The translations under genes and the position numbers were made by a program. Shown piece after piece: positions 29,766 through 40,571 of a DNA stretch of 64,000 bases (position 1 is the stretch's first letter; each line of letters opens with the position of its first letter). The notes below the pieces were generated by a model that had not been told where the DNA came from, did not search any database, and was given only the letters and a program-made list of their open reading frames with translations. Origin of the DNA: a virus; the IMG/VR virus record IMGVR_UViG_3300044811_000054, positions 12,407 to 76,406 of that record; one strand, 5' to 3'.

Positions 29766-30758
29766 TCACGCGACACCACCCACCGACGCGTCGTCGGTGA
29801 CTAGCGCACCCTGCGCCAGTCGGGTGCGCAGCGCGAGGTCCAGGTACGGCTGGTGCAGCTCGATGCCTGTGAACCGGCGTCCGAGCCGACCCGCCACCAT
29901 TCCGGTCGTGCAGCTGCCGGCGAACGGGTCGAGCACTGTTCCGCCCGGGCGACAGCCGGACAGGATGGCTCGGCGGACCAGCTCGTCGGGCATCACCGCG
30001 AAGTGCGCTCCAGAGAAGCGCGCCGTGGCCACGTCCCAGACGTCGCCGGGGTTCCGGCCGGCCGGGTGCGACTGTGTGTGTCGGCGTCCAGTGGCGACAA
30101 GGTTGGTCTGTCGCGGCTGGCCCCCGACGCCGTCGATGTACTTCGCCCATGGCTCGCCCAGGCCTGCGGGCACCGCTTCAGTACGGATCGGCTCGCGGAT
30201 CGGATCGAGGTCGAACCAGTACCGCGACGACTTCACGAACAGGAACAGCGCTTCGTGGCGCGTCGACAGCCGGTCGGTGACCGACTCGGGCATGGCGTCG
30301 GGCTTGTTCCACACGACCCGGTTGCGGAGAATCCAGCCGCTCTGCACCATCGCCCAAGCGGCCCGCTCCGGGATCATGAGCAGGCTCTTATACGGTGCCT
30401 CCGCAGTCGAGTTCACCCGCGGTGGGATCAGCACTGCCCGGTCGGCGCGGCGCGTCATGCCGACACTGGCGCCGGCATTGGCCTTGCTCGCGTAGGTGTC
30501 GCCGAGGTTCAGCCACAGCGTGCCGTCGTCGGCGAGCACCCGGTGCGCCTCGGCGAGGATGGCGACCAGCCGCGCGATGTACTCGGCGCTGGTCGGCTCT
30601 AGCCCGAGCTGGCCGGCCTCGCCGCCATAGTCGCGGACCGACCAGTACGGCGGCGAGGTGACGATTGAATTGACCGAACTGGTGCGCATCTCGGCGAGGA
30701 CTTCGTATGCCTGCCCGTGGTGGAGTGTCACGGAGTCGTCGGCGAAGTACGGCTTCAT
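29766..30758 (-). CDS. DNA methyltransferase, N4-cytosine/N6 beta class
   Basis: TSPPY catalytic motif before VLDPFAGS SAM-binding motif; no cognate restriction enzyme seen. Confidence 0.92.
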   Translation of the reverse strand: MKPYFADDSVTLHHGQAYEVLAEMRTSSVNSIVTSPPYWSVRDYGGEAGQLGLEPTSAEYIARLVAILAEAHRVLADDGTLWLNLGDTYASKANAGASVGMTRRADRAVLIPPRVNSTAEAPYKSLLMIPERAAWAMVQSGWILRNRVVWNKPDAMPESVTDRLSTRHEALFLFVKSSRYWFDLDPIREPIRTEAVPAGLGEPWAKYIDGVGGQPRQTNLVATGRRHTQSHPAGRNPGDVWDVATARFSGAHFAVMPDELVRRAILSGCRPGGTVLDPFAGSCTTGMVAGRLGRRFTGIELHQPYLDLALRTRLAQGALVTDDASVGGVA

Positions 30759-32297
30759 GCGAGGTCGTCCCCGATGTCACGGGCCGGCTCGGCAGACTCC
30801 GCCAGGTCCCAGGCCCTCGAGTTGACCCGCCACACCCCCGGCGAGGTGTCTCGCTTGGCTTCGGGGACGACCCGGCAAGCGGCGGCGAAACGGGGGCCGA
30901 CGAGGCGACCCATGCCGACCACGACAAGACCGGCACCGACGAGGCCGCCGATCAGGCAGCCGTGCTGCAACGCCTGCAGCTTCTCGACGCTCACGGCCGC
31001 CACGCCCGGCTGCGGACGTTCGACAGGATCCGGCGCAGCTTCACCATGCCCGGGTCGGCAGGCGGGGGATCGGGGACCGGAACCGGCGCCGACACGACGG
31101 GCAGGGACTGGATGCGCTCCCGCAACGAACCGACCTCGATCTGCTCGGTCGGCAGATCCTCCTGCCGGGTCGGTGGTTCCAGGGCTGCGGCGATCTGCTC
31201 GGGGCTGATCCGGCGGGACTCGCGGTGCCGGCCGTCGTACGGCCGCCAGTCCGGGGTGCGGGTCTGGGTATCGATCTCGGACATGTGTGCTACTCCATCG
31301 GACGGAAGGGTGACAAAGAGGCGGGCGGAAGAATCGGTCAGCGGGGGATCGGGGGACGTTCGTTCGTGCACGTGATGTGGCGTTCCACCAGACCCGGACG
31401 GGGCTGCTGCCGGTTCCGCAACGACCAGGCACGGCGGGGCAGACGCAGCCGCAGGTTCGGGTCCTGGGTCCAGCCGTGCTCACGTTCGGTGGCCCGCGAC
31501 CCGGCCCGCATCCAGTGGTGGCGCTTCGGCATCAGGCCCAGCGCGAACACGGCCAGGTGCGACATGGCCAGGGCCGAGACGGTCACCATTCCGAATCCCG
31601 CTGCTGCAGTGCGATGCGCCGGCGGGCCCGATGCCGACGGACCGCCTTCGCCTCCGCCTTCACCCCGTGCAGCAGTGCGAGTTCGGCTTCGGTGAACGGT
31701 TCGGCGTCCCGGAACGCGCGGCGCTCGCTGACCCACTCGGTCAGGGACTGGAACGGCCTGATGTTCATGCGGCTACTTCGCGCCATGAGGTTTCCGACCC
31801 GGCGTCCCCGCGGCGGTGCTCGAAGTAGTCGGGGCAGGTCCCGTCGGACCAGCCACACACGCACGGCGTCGGCGGGCACAGGCCACAGCCGTGCTGCGCT
31901 TTCGGGTGGATCCGGTCGCGATGCCAGACGAGGTTCGGGGTGAAGTCCGTGTCAAGTTCCGGCAAGCCGGTTGGCGTTGATCGACGGGCGGCGATAGTCT
32001 CCAGAGACATGAACCCTCGCTCTAGTCGGCGGGTGATTGAGTAAGCGCGGGTCCCTAGCTGCTTCCGACGGCTAGGGACCGCTTTCTTCAGGTCAGGACG
32101 CGATAGGTCGGCGTGACGGCCAGGACCGTTACCGGCGCAGGGAAACCGAGCGTCGGGAACGGCAACACCTCGTGCGGGATTCCCGAGCGGCGGGCCTTAG
32201 CGACCGCTTCCGACCAGGACGGCAGTACCTCGTGTTCGCCCTGCCAGGACATCCGGGCCTCACCGGTGGACAGCGGCTCGATCGTGGCGGGGGTCAC
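30755..32297 (-). other. Small hypothetical genes, some membrane
   Basis: ORFs ending at 30755, 30991, 31338, 31583, 31765, 32088. Confidence 0.6.
32007..32088 (+). ncRNA. Putative antisense RNA or terminator over the leader of 31765..32010
   Basis: TTGGCG-N18-TAGTCT (31971-32000); hairpin over the RBS; GGTCCCTAGC/GCTAGGGACC stem followed by TTTCTT. Confidence 0.4.
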
Positions 32298-32932
32298 TGG
32301 GACTCCCGTTCGACCGCCAGGGCCGCGGCGTGCTGACTGAACAGGCCCGAGATCGTCTCGTCGGAGACGTCGGCCAAGCGCAGCAGTGACCGGGCCTGCC
32401 CGTAGTCGCCGGACAGCAAGCATTCCGCAGCCTGATCTGCGAAGCTCCGACGCTCGCTGGACTGGGTGAAGACGTTGATGAACACCATGCGGCCGGGGAA
32501 CGGAACATGTCCCTCGCCGCCCCACAGTGCGTCGGTACGGGCCTGCCACCAGTCGAGGCAGGACTTGTGTCGCTGGCGTCTCACCCAGTCGATCGCCTCG
32601 TCCCGGGAGTCGACGAAGTCAGGCATGGCGCGGTGACACATGGTGCACAGCGGAACGATGTTGGCCGGTTCGTTTCCGCCGCCGGTCATGTGGTCGCGCA
32701 GATGCGCCCGTTCGAGCCATCCCGCTGCGTCACTCCACGAACCGGACCGTCCGCTGCCCGGCATGGGGGCCAGCCAGCCGCAGCGAAAGCAGAACGGTTC
32801 CCCCCAGCCAATCAGCCCTGCGAGGAGGTCCGGGAAAGCCTGCTCCCAGTTCTCCCTCCAGTAGGCGGCCAACTTGTCCATGACCGGCATGTTCTTACGG
32901 ACACGAGAGGGGGCGAACTTCGACACGGTCAT
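32294..32932 (-). CDS. HNH endonuclease domain protein
   Basis: CFRCG...ERAHL...GGGNEPANIVPLCTMCH. Confidence 0.8.
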   Translation of the reverse strand: MTVSKFAPSRVRKNMPVMDKLAAYWRENWEQAFPDLLAGLIGWGEPFCFRCGWLAPMPGSGRSGSWSDAAGWLERAHLRDHMTGGGNEPANIVPLCTMCHRAMPDFVDSRDEAIDWVRRQRHKSCLDWWQARTDALWGGEGHVPFPGRMVFINVFTQSSERRSFADQAAECLLSGDYGQARSLLRLADVSDETISGLFSQHAAALAVERESQ

Positions 32933-33144
32933 GCGGCACGCCGTTTCGTCGCGGGCGTGTACCGGGCGGCGACGTAGGCCTGCAGGTCTTCCTCGCGGAT
33001 CCGGATCGCGGCGCGGGCGCCCTTCTTCGCCACGTTCACCCACGGCATCTCGCCGCCGTAGACGAGCCGGTAGACGGTCTGCTTGTGCTGCTTGAGCGCG
33101 TCCGCGACCTCGTCGACGGTGAGTAGGCGCACGGACCCCATCAC
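32929..33144 (-). CDS. Excisionase-like HTH_17 protein
   Basis: LLTVDEVADAL...TVYRLV..GE...IRI.EEDL. Confidence 0.8.
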   Translation of the reverse strand: MMGSVRLLTVDEVADALKQHKQTVYRLVYGGEMPWVNVAKKGARAAIRIREEDLQAYVAARYTPATKRRAA

Positions 33145-33383
33145 GACTTCCCTTCGGGTTTGCGCTGCAGCACCGTTACGGGGCAGCCGAGCGCGCGGGC
33201 CATGCCGGCTAGTAGCTCGGGGTCCGCGTTGCGGGTGCCGTCCTCGATGCGCGAGAGCAGGCTGTGGTCGATGTTCAGTAGGCCGGCCAGTGCCCGTTGG
33301 CTGAGGTGGCGTTCGGTACGCAGCCACGCCACGGCTTCCGGGTCCTGCCGGACCGGGGTCCTGCGTATTGGGTTCGCGGCCAT
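33141..33383 (-). CDS. Cro-like Xre HTH protein
   Basis: LSQRALAGLLNIDHSLLSRIEDGTRN; divergent from the repressor. Confidence 0.85.
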   Translation of the reverse strand: MAANPIRRTPVRQDPEAVAWLRTERHLSQRALAGLLNIDHSLLSRIEDGTRNADPELLAGMARALGCPVTVLQRKPEGKS

Positions 33384-33567
33384 GCGAACAGAGTACGCAC
33401 GGGTACGTCGGGTTGACAACGAGACACGCGGTTTTTCCGCGCACCCAGTACGCATCGCGACCCTTGTCACCCGCTGGTGAATCGGCCACCATCAACGCGC
33501 ACCCAGTACGGCACATCCGGCCGGCGCCCCGATACAATCGCAGCCTGTTGACAACTCGGAGGGGCAC
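33384..33567. promoter_or_regulatory. Immunity switch region
   Basis: CGCGCACCCAGTACG at 33438 and 33496; GTTGACAAC at 33412 and 33547; minus-strand TTGTCA-N18-TACTCT before cro. Confidence 0.7.
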
Positions 33568-34005
33568 ATGACCACCACGGAGCCACCCCTCACGCCGTTG
33601 GGGAAACTCCTCGAAGACGCCCGGAAGGTGCTTGGCCTCAGCAAACGCGAGGCCGCGCGACGCTCCGGCTACAGCGAAGGCCGGTGGCGGCAAGTCGTCA
33701 CCGGCCTTCAGAACACCAAAGATGTCAACACGCCGTCGAACCCGAAATCGTCCACCGTCGCTGCCATGGCCCGCGCCGTCGGTGTCGATGTGGACGAGGC
33801 GCTACGCGTTGCTGGACTCGACGCCACCCCCGGTGCCGGCGCCAGCACCCCCGGCGACCCGATCCGCCGGGTCATGCTCTCGGAGCTGCCCGACGAGCAG
33901 AAACGGCGCATCGTGCAGGTCCTGCTCCAGGAGCAGCGCGAAGCCGAACGGCGTCAGCGGCAACGCGCCGAGGAGCTCATCGAAGCCTTCCGCGAGCAGG
34001 ATTAG
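33568..34005 (+). CDS. CI-like immunity repressor
   Basis: LSKREAARRSGYSEGRWRQV..G HTH; upstream of the integrase. Confidence 0.85.
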   Translation: MTTTEPPLTPLGKLLEDARKVLGLSKREAARRSGYSEGRWRQVVTGLQNTKDVNTPSNPKSSTVAAMARAVGVDVDEALRVAGLDATPGAGASTPGDPIRRVMLSELPDEQKRRIVQVLLQEQREAERRQRQRAEELIEAFREQD

Positions 34006-34015
34006 GAGGGGCACC

Positions 34016-35164
34016 GTGGCGTGGGTCCGCCAACTGCCCTCGAAGAAGTGGGCGGCGACCGTCCGCACCCCCGACGGCCGTAAGACGAAGACGTTCGACC
34101 TCAAAGGTTCCGCCACCGCCTGGGCCGCGGACATTGAACGCGACATCCGCCACCAGGACTTCCTGGACCCCAAGGCCGGCGACGCCCTCGTGCAGGCATG
34201 CTGGGATGAACTCGTCGAGGTCCGCCGCCTGGCGAAGTCGTCTCGGAAACGCGACGCCTCTCACTGGAAGGTGCATGTCGCCCCGCGGTGGGCGGGCACC
34301 CAGGTCAGGGGCGTACTCAAACCGACCGTGCAGGAGTGGGTCGACGACATGGAGGAAGACGGCGTCGGCCCGAACACCGTCGTCGGCGCGCTCAAGGTCC
34401 TCAAGGCGGTGATGGAGCACGCCGTCGACACCAGACGCATCCGCGCCAATCCGGTCCGCGGGGTGAAACCTCCGGTGATCCCCGCCCACGTCGACCGGGT
34501 GTTGGAACCCGACGAGGAGGACCTCCTGCTGGAGCGCCTCGACGAGTTGTTCAAGGGCCGCCCCGACGCCCGACTGTTCGTCGAGACGATGCTGGAAACG
34601 GGAGGTCGCTGGGAGGAAGTCGCCGCGATCCCACCGGAACATGTCAACCGCCGACGCAAACGGATCAAATTGCTGCCCGTGATGGAGCGCGACGGGACGG
34701 TGCGCGCCTATCCGAAGAGCGGCCGTCCGGGCGTGGTCGCCGAGGCCCGCGACGTACCCGTCAGCACTGAACTGATCCGGCGACTGGAGGAGATCCTGGA
34801 CGGAGCCCCGCTGGGGCAGCCGATCTTCCGGACGGCGGGCGGCGGGTACGTCACCTATTCGAACTGGCTGCACAGGATCTGGTATCCGGCGGTGCGGGTG
34901 CCGATCGTGGACGGCGCCGGTAAGCGGACCAAGGGTGACGACGGTAAGGCGCTTTGGGAACCGCTGCTGGACCTGCCGCTGCCGACCCCGCACGACTTGA
35001 GGCACACCTACGGGTCCCGGCTGGCAGACGGCGGGGTGGAGGTGCACGATGTCATGGCGTTGATGGGGCACGAGGACATGCGTTCGGCGCAGCGGTACAT
35101 CCACTCCGGGGAGAAACGGTTCGACCGGGCGCGGGAGGCGCTGCGCAAGGCCCGCCGCGGATAG
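34016..35164 (+). CDS. int: Tyrosine integrase
   Basis: TGGRWEE (catalytic R), YPKS (K), HDLRHT, MGH, RYIH (catalytic Y); AGGAGG RBS before GTG 34016. Confidence 0.95.
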   Translation: MAWVRQLPSKKWAATVRTPDGRKTKTFDLKGSATAWAADIERDIRHQDFLDPKAGDALVQACWDELVEVRRLAKSSRKRDASHWKVHVAPRWAGTQVRGVLKPTVQEWVDDMEEDGVGPNTVVGALKVLKAVMEHAVDTRRIRANPVRGVKPPVIPAHVDRVLEPDEEDLLLERLDELFKGRPDARLFVETMLETGGRWEEVAAIPPEHVNRRRKRIKLLPVMERDGTVRAYPKSGRPGVVAEARDVPVSTELIRRLEEILDGAPLGQPIFRTAGGGYVTYSNWLHRIWYPAVRVPIVDGAGKRTKGDDGKALWEPLLDLPLPTPHDLRHTYGSRLADGGVEVHDVMALMGHEDMRSAQRYIHSGEKRFDRAREALRKARRG

Positions 35165-35211
35165 GCCATCCCCGGACGACAGCCGCAGTCGATCACACCT
35201 AAGGAGATCTT

Positions 35212-35445
35212 GTGTCGTACATCGAGGCTTTCGACCGCAGTTACGACGTTGTCTGGCGGGACGGCGACGGGACCCGCCATCGGCTGACCTTCGAAACCCG
35301 TGCCGAGGCTTCCGTGTTCCGCGTCGCTCTCGACGGGGGTGTCGATGCCGAGGATGCCCTGGGTTTGGTTGCGGCGGCGCGCGAGACTGCCCGGCCCGCG
35401 CAGGAGCCACCCGCTGACGCCACGCAGATGCGATTCAGCGGCTGA
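35212..35445 (+). CDS. Small protein resembling an integrase N-terminal arm-binding domain
   Basis: YDVVWRDGDGTRHRLTFETRAEA; TAAGGAG RBS. Confidence 0.55.
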   Translation: MSYIEAFDRSYDVVWRDGDGTRHRLTFETRAEASVFRVALDGGVDAEDALGLVAAARETARPAQEPPADATQMRFSG

Positions 35446-35474
35446 GCCCCTGATCTGTGGATAGATCTATGGAA

Positions 35475-35514
35475 CACAAGAAACGGCCTCCCGATCGGGA
35501 GGCCGTTTCTTGTG
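35475..35514. terminator. Perfect 40-bp palindrome, bidirectional terminator
   Basis: CACAAGAAACGGCCTCCCGA followed by its exact reverse complement. Confidence 0.85.
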
Positions 35515-35524
35515 CTCGTAGGGT

Positions 35525-35752
35525 CTGACTCATGCCTGACTCATGATCTCTGGCCAAGATCCCATTTCCGGGACGTTCTAGCTGGTGGGCGATACTGGGA
35601 TCGAACCAGTGACCTCTTCCGTGTCAAGGATGGGATAGGGGCCAGCTGACCTGCGACGATGTCGCCCGTACCCCCGTGAGCTGCAAAAACGTTACCTCCG
35701 ATTATATCCGGTTCCCTCCGCATCACAGTGTCCCGACTCACCTGCGACTCAC
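35525..35752. repeat. Integrase arm-type sites on both sides of the core
   Basis: CTGACTCATG at 35525 and 35536; CGACTCAC at 35734 and 35745; both pairs 11 bp apart. Confidence 0.7.
35583..35630 (-). other. att core: 3' half of tRNA-Val(GAC) including CCA
   Basis: Minus strand TCCTTGACACGGAAGAGGTCACTGGTTCGATCCCAGTATCGCCCACCA; no D-arm or 5' acceptor strand. Confidence 0.9.
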
Positions 35753-36162
35753 GCTCCGGAGTCCGGCCAGCGCAGTTGCCACCGGTCCGCCGGGTAGATC
35801 CCGGCACCGTCCGGGGCGATCACCTGGAAGACGGGCACCCCGTCGTCGATGCCGTGCACGGCGCGTTCCTCGGCTGTGGGCATCCTCGCGGTCACGGTCG
35901 TCCCCGGCTCGGGGATCAGATCCTGCACCTCAGCATGTTCTCTCACGAAGACACCATGCCCGCTGTGTACGACAACCAGCCCCTCGGCCCGCAGCACGGC
36001 CACCGCCCGACGCGCGGTCAGCCGCGCGACCCCGTACCGCTGCTGCAGAGTCGCCTCGGAGGGCAGCCGTTGGCCGGGCTGGAGCCGGCCGGCGAGGATG
36101 TCGTCCCGCAACCGGGCCGCGATCTGGGCGTAAACAGCCGGCCCGGGCTGCGGGAAGATCAT
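35749..36162 (-). CDS. GntR family regulator (KorSA-like)
   Basis: YAQIAARLRDDI..G.LQPGQRLPSE..L..RYGVARLTARRAV..LRAEGLV...G.GVFV. Confidence 0.9.
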   Translation of the reverse strand: MIFPQPGPAVYAQIAARLRDDILAGRLQPGQRLPSEATLQQRYGVARLTARRAVAVLRAEGLVVVHSGHGVFVREHAEVQDLIPEPGTTVTARMPTAEERAVHGIDDGVPVFQVIAPDGAGIYPADRWQLRWPDSGA

Positions 36163-36168
36163 CAGCCG

Positions 36169-36224
36169 ACCTTAGGGATACCCGGATACTCGCCCACCGG
36201 GATACCCCGATAGCCGGGTATCCC
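36169..36224. promoter_or_regulatory. GntR promoter with GGGATACCC operators
   Basis: Copies at 36175, 36199 and inverted at 36216; minus-strand TAAGGT 6 nt before ATG. Confidence 0.6.
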
Positions 36225-36707
36225 ACCTCCGCTACAACCTCGACGGTTGCTTTTCGTCTGCGACACGCCACGCCCGCAGGCAGGCGGGTGAACTACCGGC
36301 CGCGACGAGGTAGGCATCGCCTCGGATGGGGTCGGCGAGGATCTTCAGGGCTTCCGCGTCGCGGACGGAGCCGTCGTGATCCAGTGCCCGCTCGACCAGT
36401 GTCTGCATGGCTGCGGCCGGGTCCGGGAGTTGCGGGTAGTGACTGTCACCGTCGATCATCCTGGGCTCCCTCGTTGGCGCTACAGGCCTGGGTCCGGGGC
36501 CAGATGTGGTCTTTCGCACCCCGTGTCGGGCGTATCCTGCTTCGCCCAACGTCGTGACGAGTTGCGCGTTACGGCCCGAAGGTCCCCCGATCAGGTTGGA
36601 TGGTCGGCGCCGATGCGATGAAGTGCGTCTCCGCAGCCGATGCGGATCGTTGATGATCTCTCAATGTGGCTTGACGGACGGCAGTCAAGCGGTCGCTGAA
36701 CGATCTC

Positions 36708-39700
36708 TCAGTCGTCACCGGAGAGCAGCGCGTCGGCGACACTGAACCCGTTGACGGTCACCCTTGGCGCTTCCCTCTCGGCCAGCGCCAGTGCTGTTGC
36801 CTCGTCGAAGCGATGCCCACTCAGCCAGTCGTCGTCACGCCCGGACGGGGACGGCTCGTAATCCCATTCGCCGTCCGTGCCGAGGCAGTAGCCCCTCTTG
36901 AGGACCGCCCACAGCCCGTCGCCACGGTAGGCGACCTTGACGGCGTAGTCCCAGAAGCTGACGTTGTCCTCGGGCAGGGCGCAGATCGTGTACTCGGTGA
37001 TCACTGCTCGCCCTCCCATCGCTTGTCGTACACCTCGGCCGCCTCCACCTTGCTCAGCGGCACGTCGGACAGGACGATCGCGTACTCGTCGGAGCCGGTG
37101 TCGACCTGCGCCAGGTGGACGGTGCCGCCGGACAGGTCGGTGATGATCCGGGCGAGTCTGTCGAGGTTGGGCTGTTCGCGCCAGTCCCACGACAGGACTT
37201 CGGTGTGGGGTCGTGACGCGCTTCCTTTCACCCCATCGTCAGTCACGCTCAACACCCCTTCCGTTCAGTAGCACCCGGGCGCCCATCAGCATGTGCGGCG
37301 GCAACTGGGCGAGCAGCTTGCACGCCCCGCAATGCGCGGCGCAGTCGATGCCGGGCTGCGGGTGGCAGGTGTCGACGCTCGTCTCATGTTCCTGGTCGAC
37401 GAACGCGACCAGTTCCAGCAGGACTGCATGGTCGACGGTGACCTTCATCGCACGACCTCCTCGCTGCCGTCCGGCCAGACGATCCGCGGCCGGACCCTAA
37501 TCGCACGGCCGTCGTGAACCTCGAGCCGCCAGAGGTCACCGGTCTCCTCGCCCTCACAGTCGAACCGGCCAGTCAGCGAGTGTGCCGGGCTGTAGGTGTC
37601 GATGAACCGTTGGACGTGCTCGACGATGTCGTAGCCGCGCATCTCGTCCTCGTACGCCGGGATGAGCGCGACTCCGGACCGGCGGATCACCTGACCCTCA
37701 TCGGTGTCCACGGCCACCTCCTCAACCCGGATCTTCACATCCAGCCGGTTGGTCTCGAACCGATCCGGCGAGAATTCGCTGTCCCGGATCTCGGTCCAGG
37801 TGAGCGGCGGATCGATGACGAGTTCGCCGTCGAAGCGGGTGATGTACCCCATCAGGCGACCCTTCCCAACTCGGCGATCGCGGCAAGGATCACCTTGTCG
37901 GCGTCTCGATATTCGAAGTCGTCGCTGACGTCGTCGTACTCGTCGAGGATGCCTGCGATCAGGCCCGCCCGGATGAGCGGGACGTAGATGTCGTACTGCC
38001 AGCCGGAGTTGCCGAAGGGGAGCTTGCTGTTGAAGCCCGCCTCTTCGCGCCACAGCTCGGACAGCAACTTGATCAGGTAGTCGCGGATGGTCGCCGCGTC
38101 GGCGTCGTTGTCGGCAGGTAGCGGCAGGTCGAGGATCTGACGGGCGGTCTCAGGGTTGATGTCGGTCATCACTTCGCCCAGCCGATCCCGTGGACCACCC
38201 ACGCCGCACCCGACACGGTCGCCCGGTCGCTGTAGTCGACCTCGTCGTCCTCCGGGGCCACGTCGATGGTCGTGGTCGCCGAACCCTGCACGACCGGGGT
38301 GATCCGCCAAACCCCGCTGGCGTCGATGCGGACCCGCAGGATGGTGCCATCGGAGAACGCGATCAGGTCACCGCCGTAGTCGCCGCCCTTGCCGAGGCCG
38401 GCGTAGTAGAACTCTTCGCTGATGTCGCCGTCGACCTCGATCAGGTCGTCGGACGCGCCGTAGACGGTGATGCTCACAGGTTCGGTGTCCCTTCCGTGCG
38501 GACTTCAGCACCGAGCGCCTTGGCCAGGTTGGTGGCGGTGTCGATGACCGCCTGCATCCCGGACCAGCCCTGCTCGTCGTGACTGGCCGACGCGACCTCG
38601 GTGCCGTCGACCTCGATGGACACGACCTCATCGTCCAGCCAGTTGATCGTCACGGTGCTCATGCCGTGGCCACCGTCGACTCCGGAGCCAGCACCAGCAC
38701 CTCGTCGAACGACACGTACGCCGCACCCGTCACCGGGTCGGTCCGCTCGTGGCGCAGCAGTCCGTCGCAGGTGGCCGGCGCGACGATCTTCTCAGCCTCG
38801 GCCCGCAGGTACCGGCCCGCCTCCTCGATGACCTGGGTGTAGCCGGACTTGCCGGGCCGCCACCACATGGCGTGCTGGTTCGACCAGACCAGGAACCTGC
38901 CGTCGCTGCTCATGCTGCCTCCTCGACCTTGTCCGTGCTGCCGATCTTCCACACGAACCCGGAACCTTCGTTGATCGCGTATGCCAGATCGAATGCGGTG
39001 CTTGTCGCGCCGTCCTCGTTGGCTGCAGGGATGGTCATAGTGAAGGTGCGCCGCTGGGTTCCGGCGGACATGGTGAAGGTGACGTTCCAGTCGTGCAGGT
39101 CGTCAAGGGTGGTGGTCATGCGGTCTCCTTCGGTTCGGTGAGCAGTTGAACGAGATCCTGGATGACCTCGTCCGGGAGGTGGTGCCGGATCGTGTTGGCA
39201 ATGGCTTCAGGATCCTGTCCGGTGATCGTGAACCGCGGTGGACGGATCCCGGCCTCGACCGCTGCGGCGTGGGCGGAGATCTCGCCTGCGACGACACGCT
39301 GGTGCAGGTCGGGGCGTTCCTCCCGCAGGCGGCGCACGCCGCAGCGGTTGCTGGTCCCGCGATTGTCGGGCACGGTCAGTTCATGTGGCCGGCGCCGTAG
39401 GACATGCCGCAGCGGGCCTCCCACGATGCGCCGTCAGCCTCGGTCAGCTCCAGGTCGATCATGTTGCCGTTGGACGGGACGGCCTTGAACGTGACGCCCC
39501 CTGTACTTGCCCTCGTGGATCGGCTGCTCGTAGCCGTCGTCGTCCTCGCCGGTCTTGAGCGGGGCGAGGTCCACGTCGACGACTTCGCCGTCGTCGGTCA
39601 GCTCGTAGAGGCTCGCGTAGTTCTTGTAGCCGACCAGCCGGATCGGGCCGTCGCCGAGGACGGCGTGCTGGGAGCTCTCGTGCCACGGCGGGTTGCCGTC

Positions 39701-40191
39701 GGGATACTTCTCGCGGTTCTTGAGGATGTTCAGGTAGATCCGCGACCCGCTCGGGGAGTCCTTCTCGTCGTCGTTGAAGACGGCCACGTCTTCCCGGTCG
39801 GTGCGCCGGACGCCGTCCTTGTGGACGAACGCGCCCCAGTTGCTGTAGGCCATCAGGCACCCTCTCTGGCCGGAGTCGTGTGGTACTCGACCCGGGTGAC
39901 CGTGTGCGGGTAGAGGCGGGTCAGCTGCCGCTCGCGGTCGCCAGGAACGCGATCCCAGGGCAGGTCATCCTCCTGGTTTTCGGTCAAGCCAATCCCGTAC
40001 TCCAGTCCGAACGTCTCACCTTCGGCGTTGCGAGCGACGAGCCAGTAGCGGTCGTGCCAGCGGGACTGCCGCGAGTAGTGGGCGTGCGACTCGATATCGC
40101 CGACGAGGGTCCAACCACCCGCCGTCTCGCCGTCGGCACCTTCGCCGTCTGCGTACAACTCCGCGGCGGTAGCTGCGCTCATGGAAGGCAT
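36708..40191 (-). other. Run of about 12 small hypothetical genes
   Basis: Coupled GC3-rich ORFs (e.g. 37001..37255, 38169..38477, 38474..38662, 38910..39119). Confidence 0.75.
39376..39853 (-). pseudogene. Hypothetical gene with an apparent extra G in a G5 run
   Basis: Removing one base at 39497-39501 restores a GC3-rich continuation GVTFKAVPSNGNMIDLEL...GAGHMN*. Confidence 0.6.
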
Positions 40192-40300
40192 GCAAACTCC
40201 TTTTGTGGGGGGTCCAGTTTCAGCCCAGTCTACCAAGCCGAGGCCCTTGATCGGGTTACCGAACCGGTGAATTGGGGTGCCCAGATGACAGACTGATCAG

Positions 40301-40519
40301 GTGGCCGACATGCACCGAACCGACAAGGCAACGTTCCGGCCACCCGCCGAGGTGAAGGACGCGGCCCGCAAGGTGCTCGACGAGGCCGAGGGATGGACGC
40401 TCAACGACGTGCTCGTGGCCTGTCTCGTCCTGCTGGCCAAGCGGCCGAAGACGTTTCTGAAGCAGTTGGAGCCGTACAAACCGGCGTCCAAACGGGGCCG
40501 GCCGCCCAAGACCGACTGA
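40301..40519 (+). CDS. Small RHH-like regulator with AT-hook-like tail
   Basis: TFRPPAEVK...WTLNDVLVACL...KRGRPPK; CAGACT 6 nt before GTG. Confidence 0.65.
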   Translation: MADMHRTDKATFRPPAEVKDAARKVLDEAEGWTLNDVLVACLVLLAKRPKTFLKQLEPYKPASKRGRPPKTD

Positions 40520-40571
40520 GCAACGATGTGCACGCGTCCGCACACATCCCGGCCGTTGTAGGCGAGCGTGC

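Noticed and set aside
33384-33399. SOS box at the cro promoter
   Set aside because: CGAAC-N3-GTACG has the wrong spacing and a mismatch relative to the actinobacterial consensus
35583-35630. Functional tRNA-Val gene
   Set aside because: Only the anticodon loop to CCA is present; it is an att core
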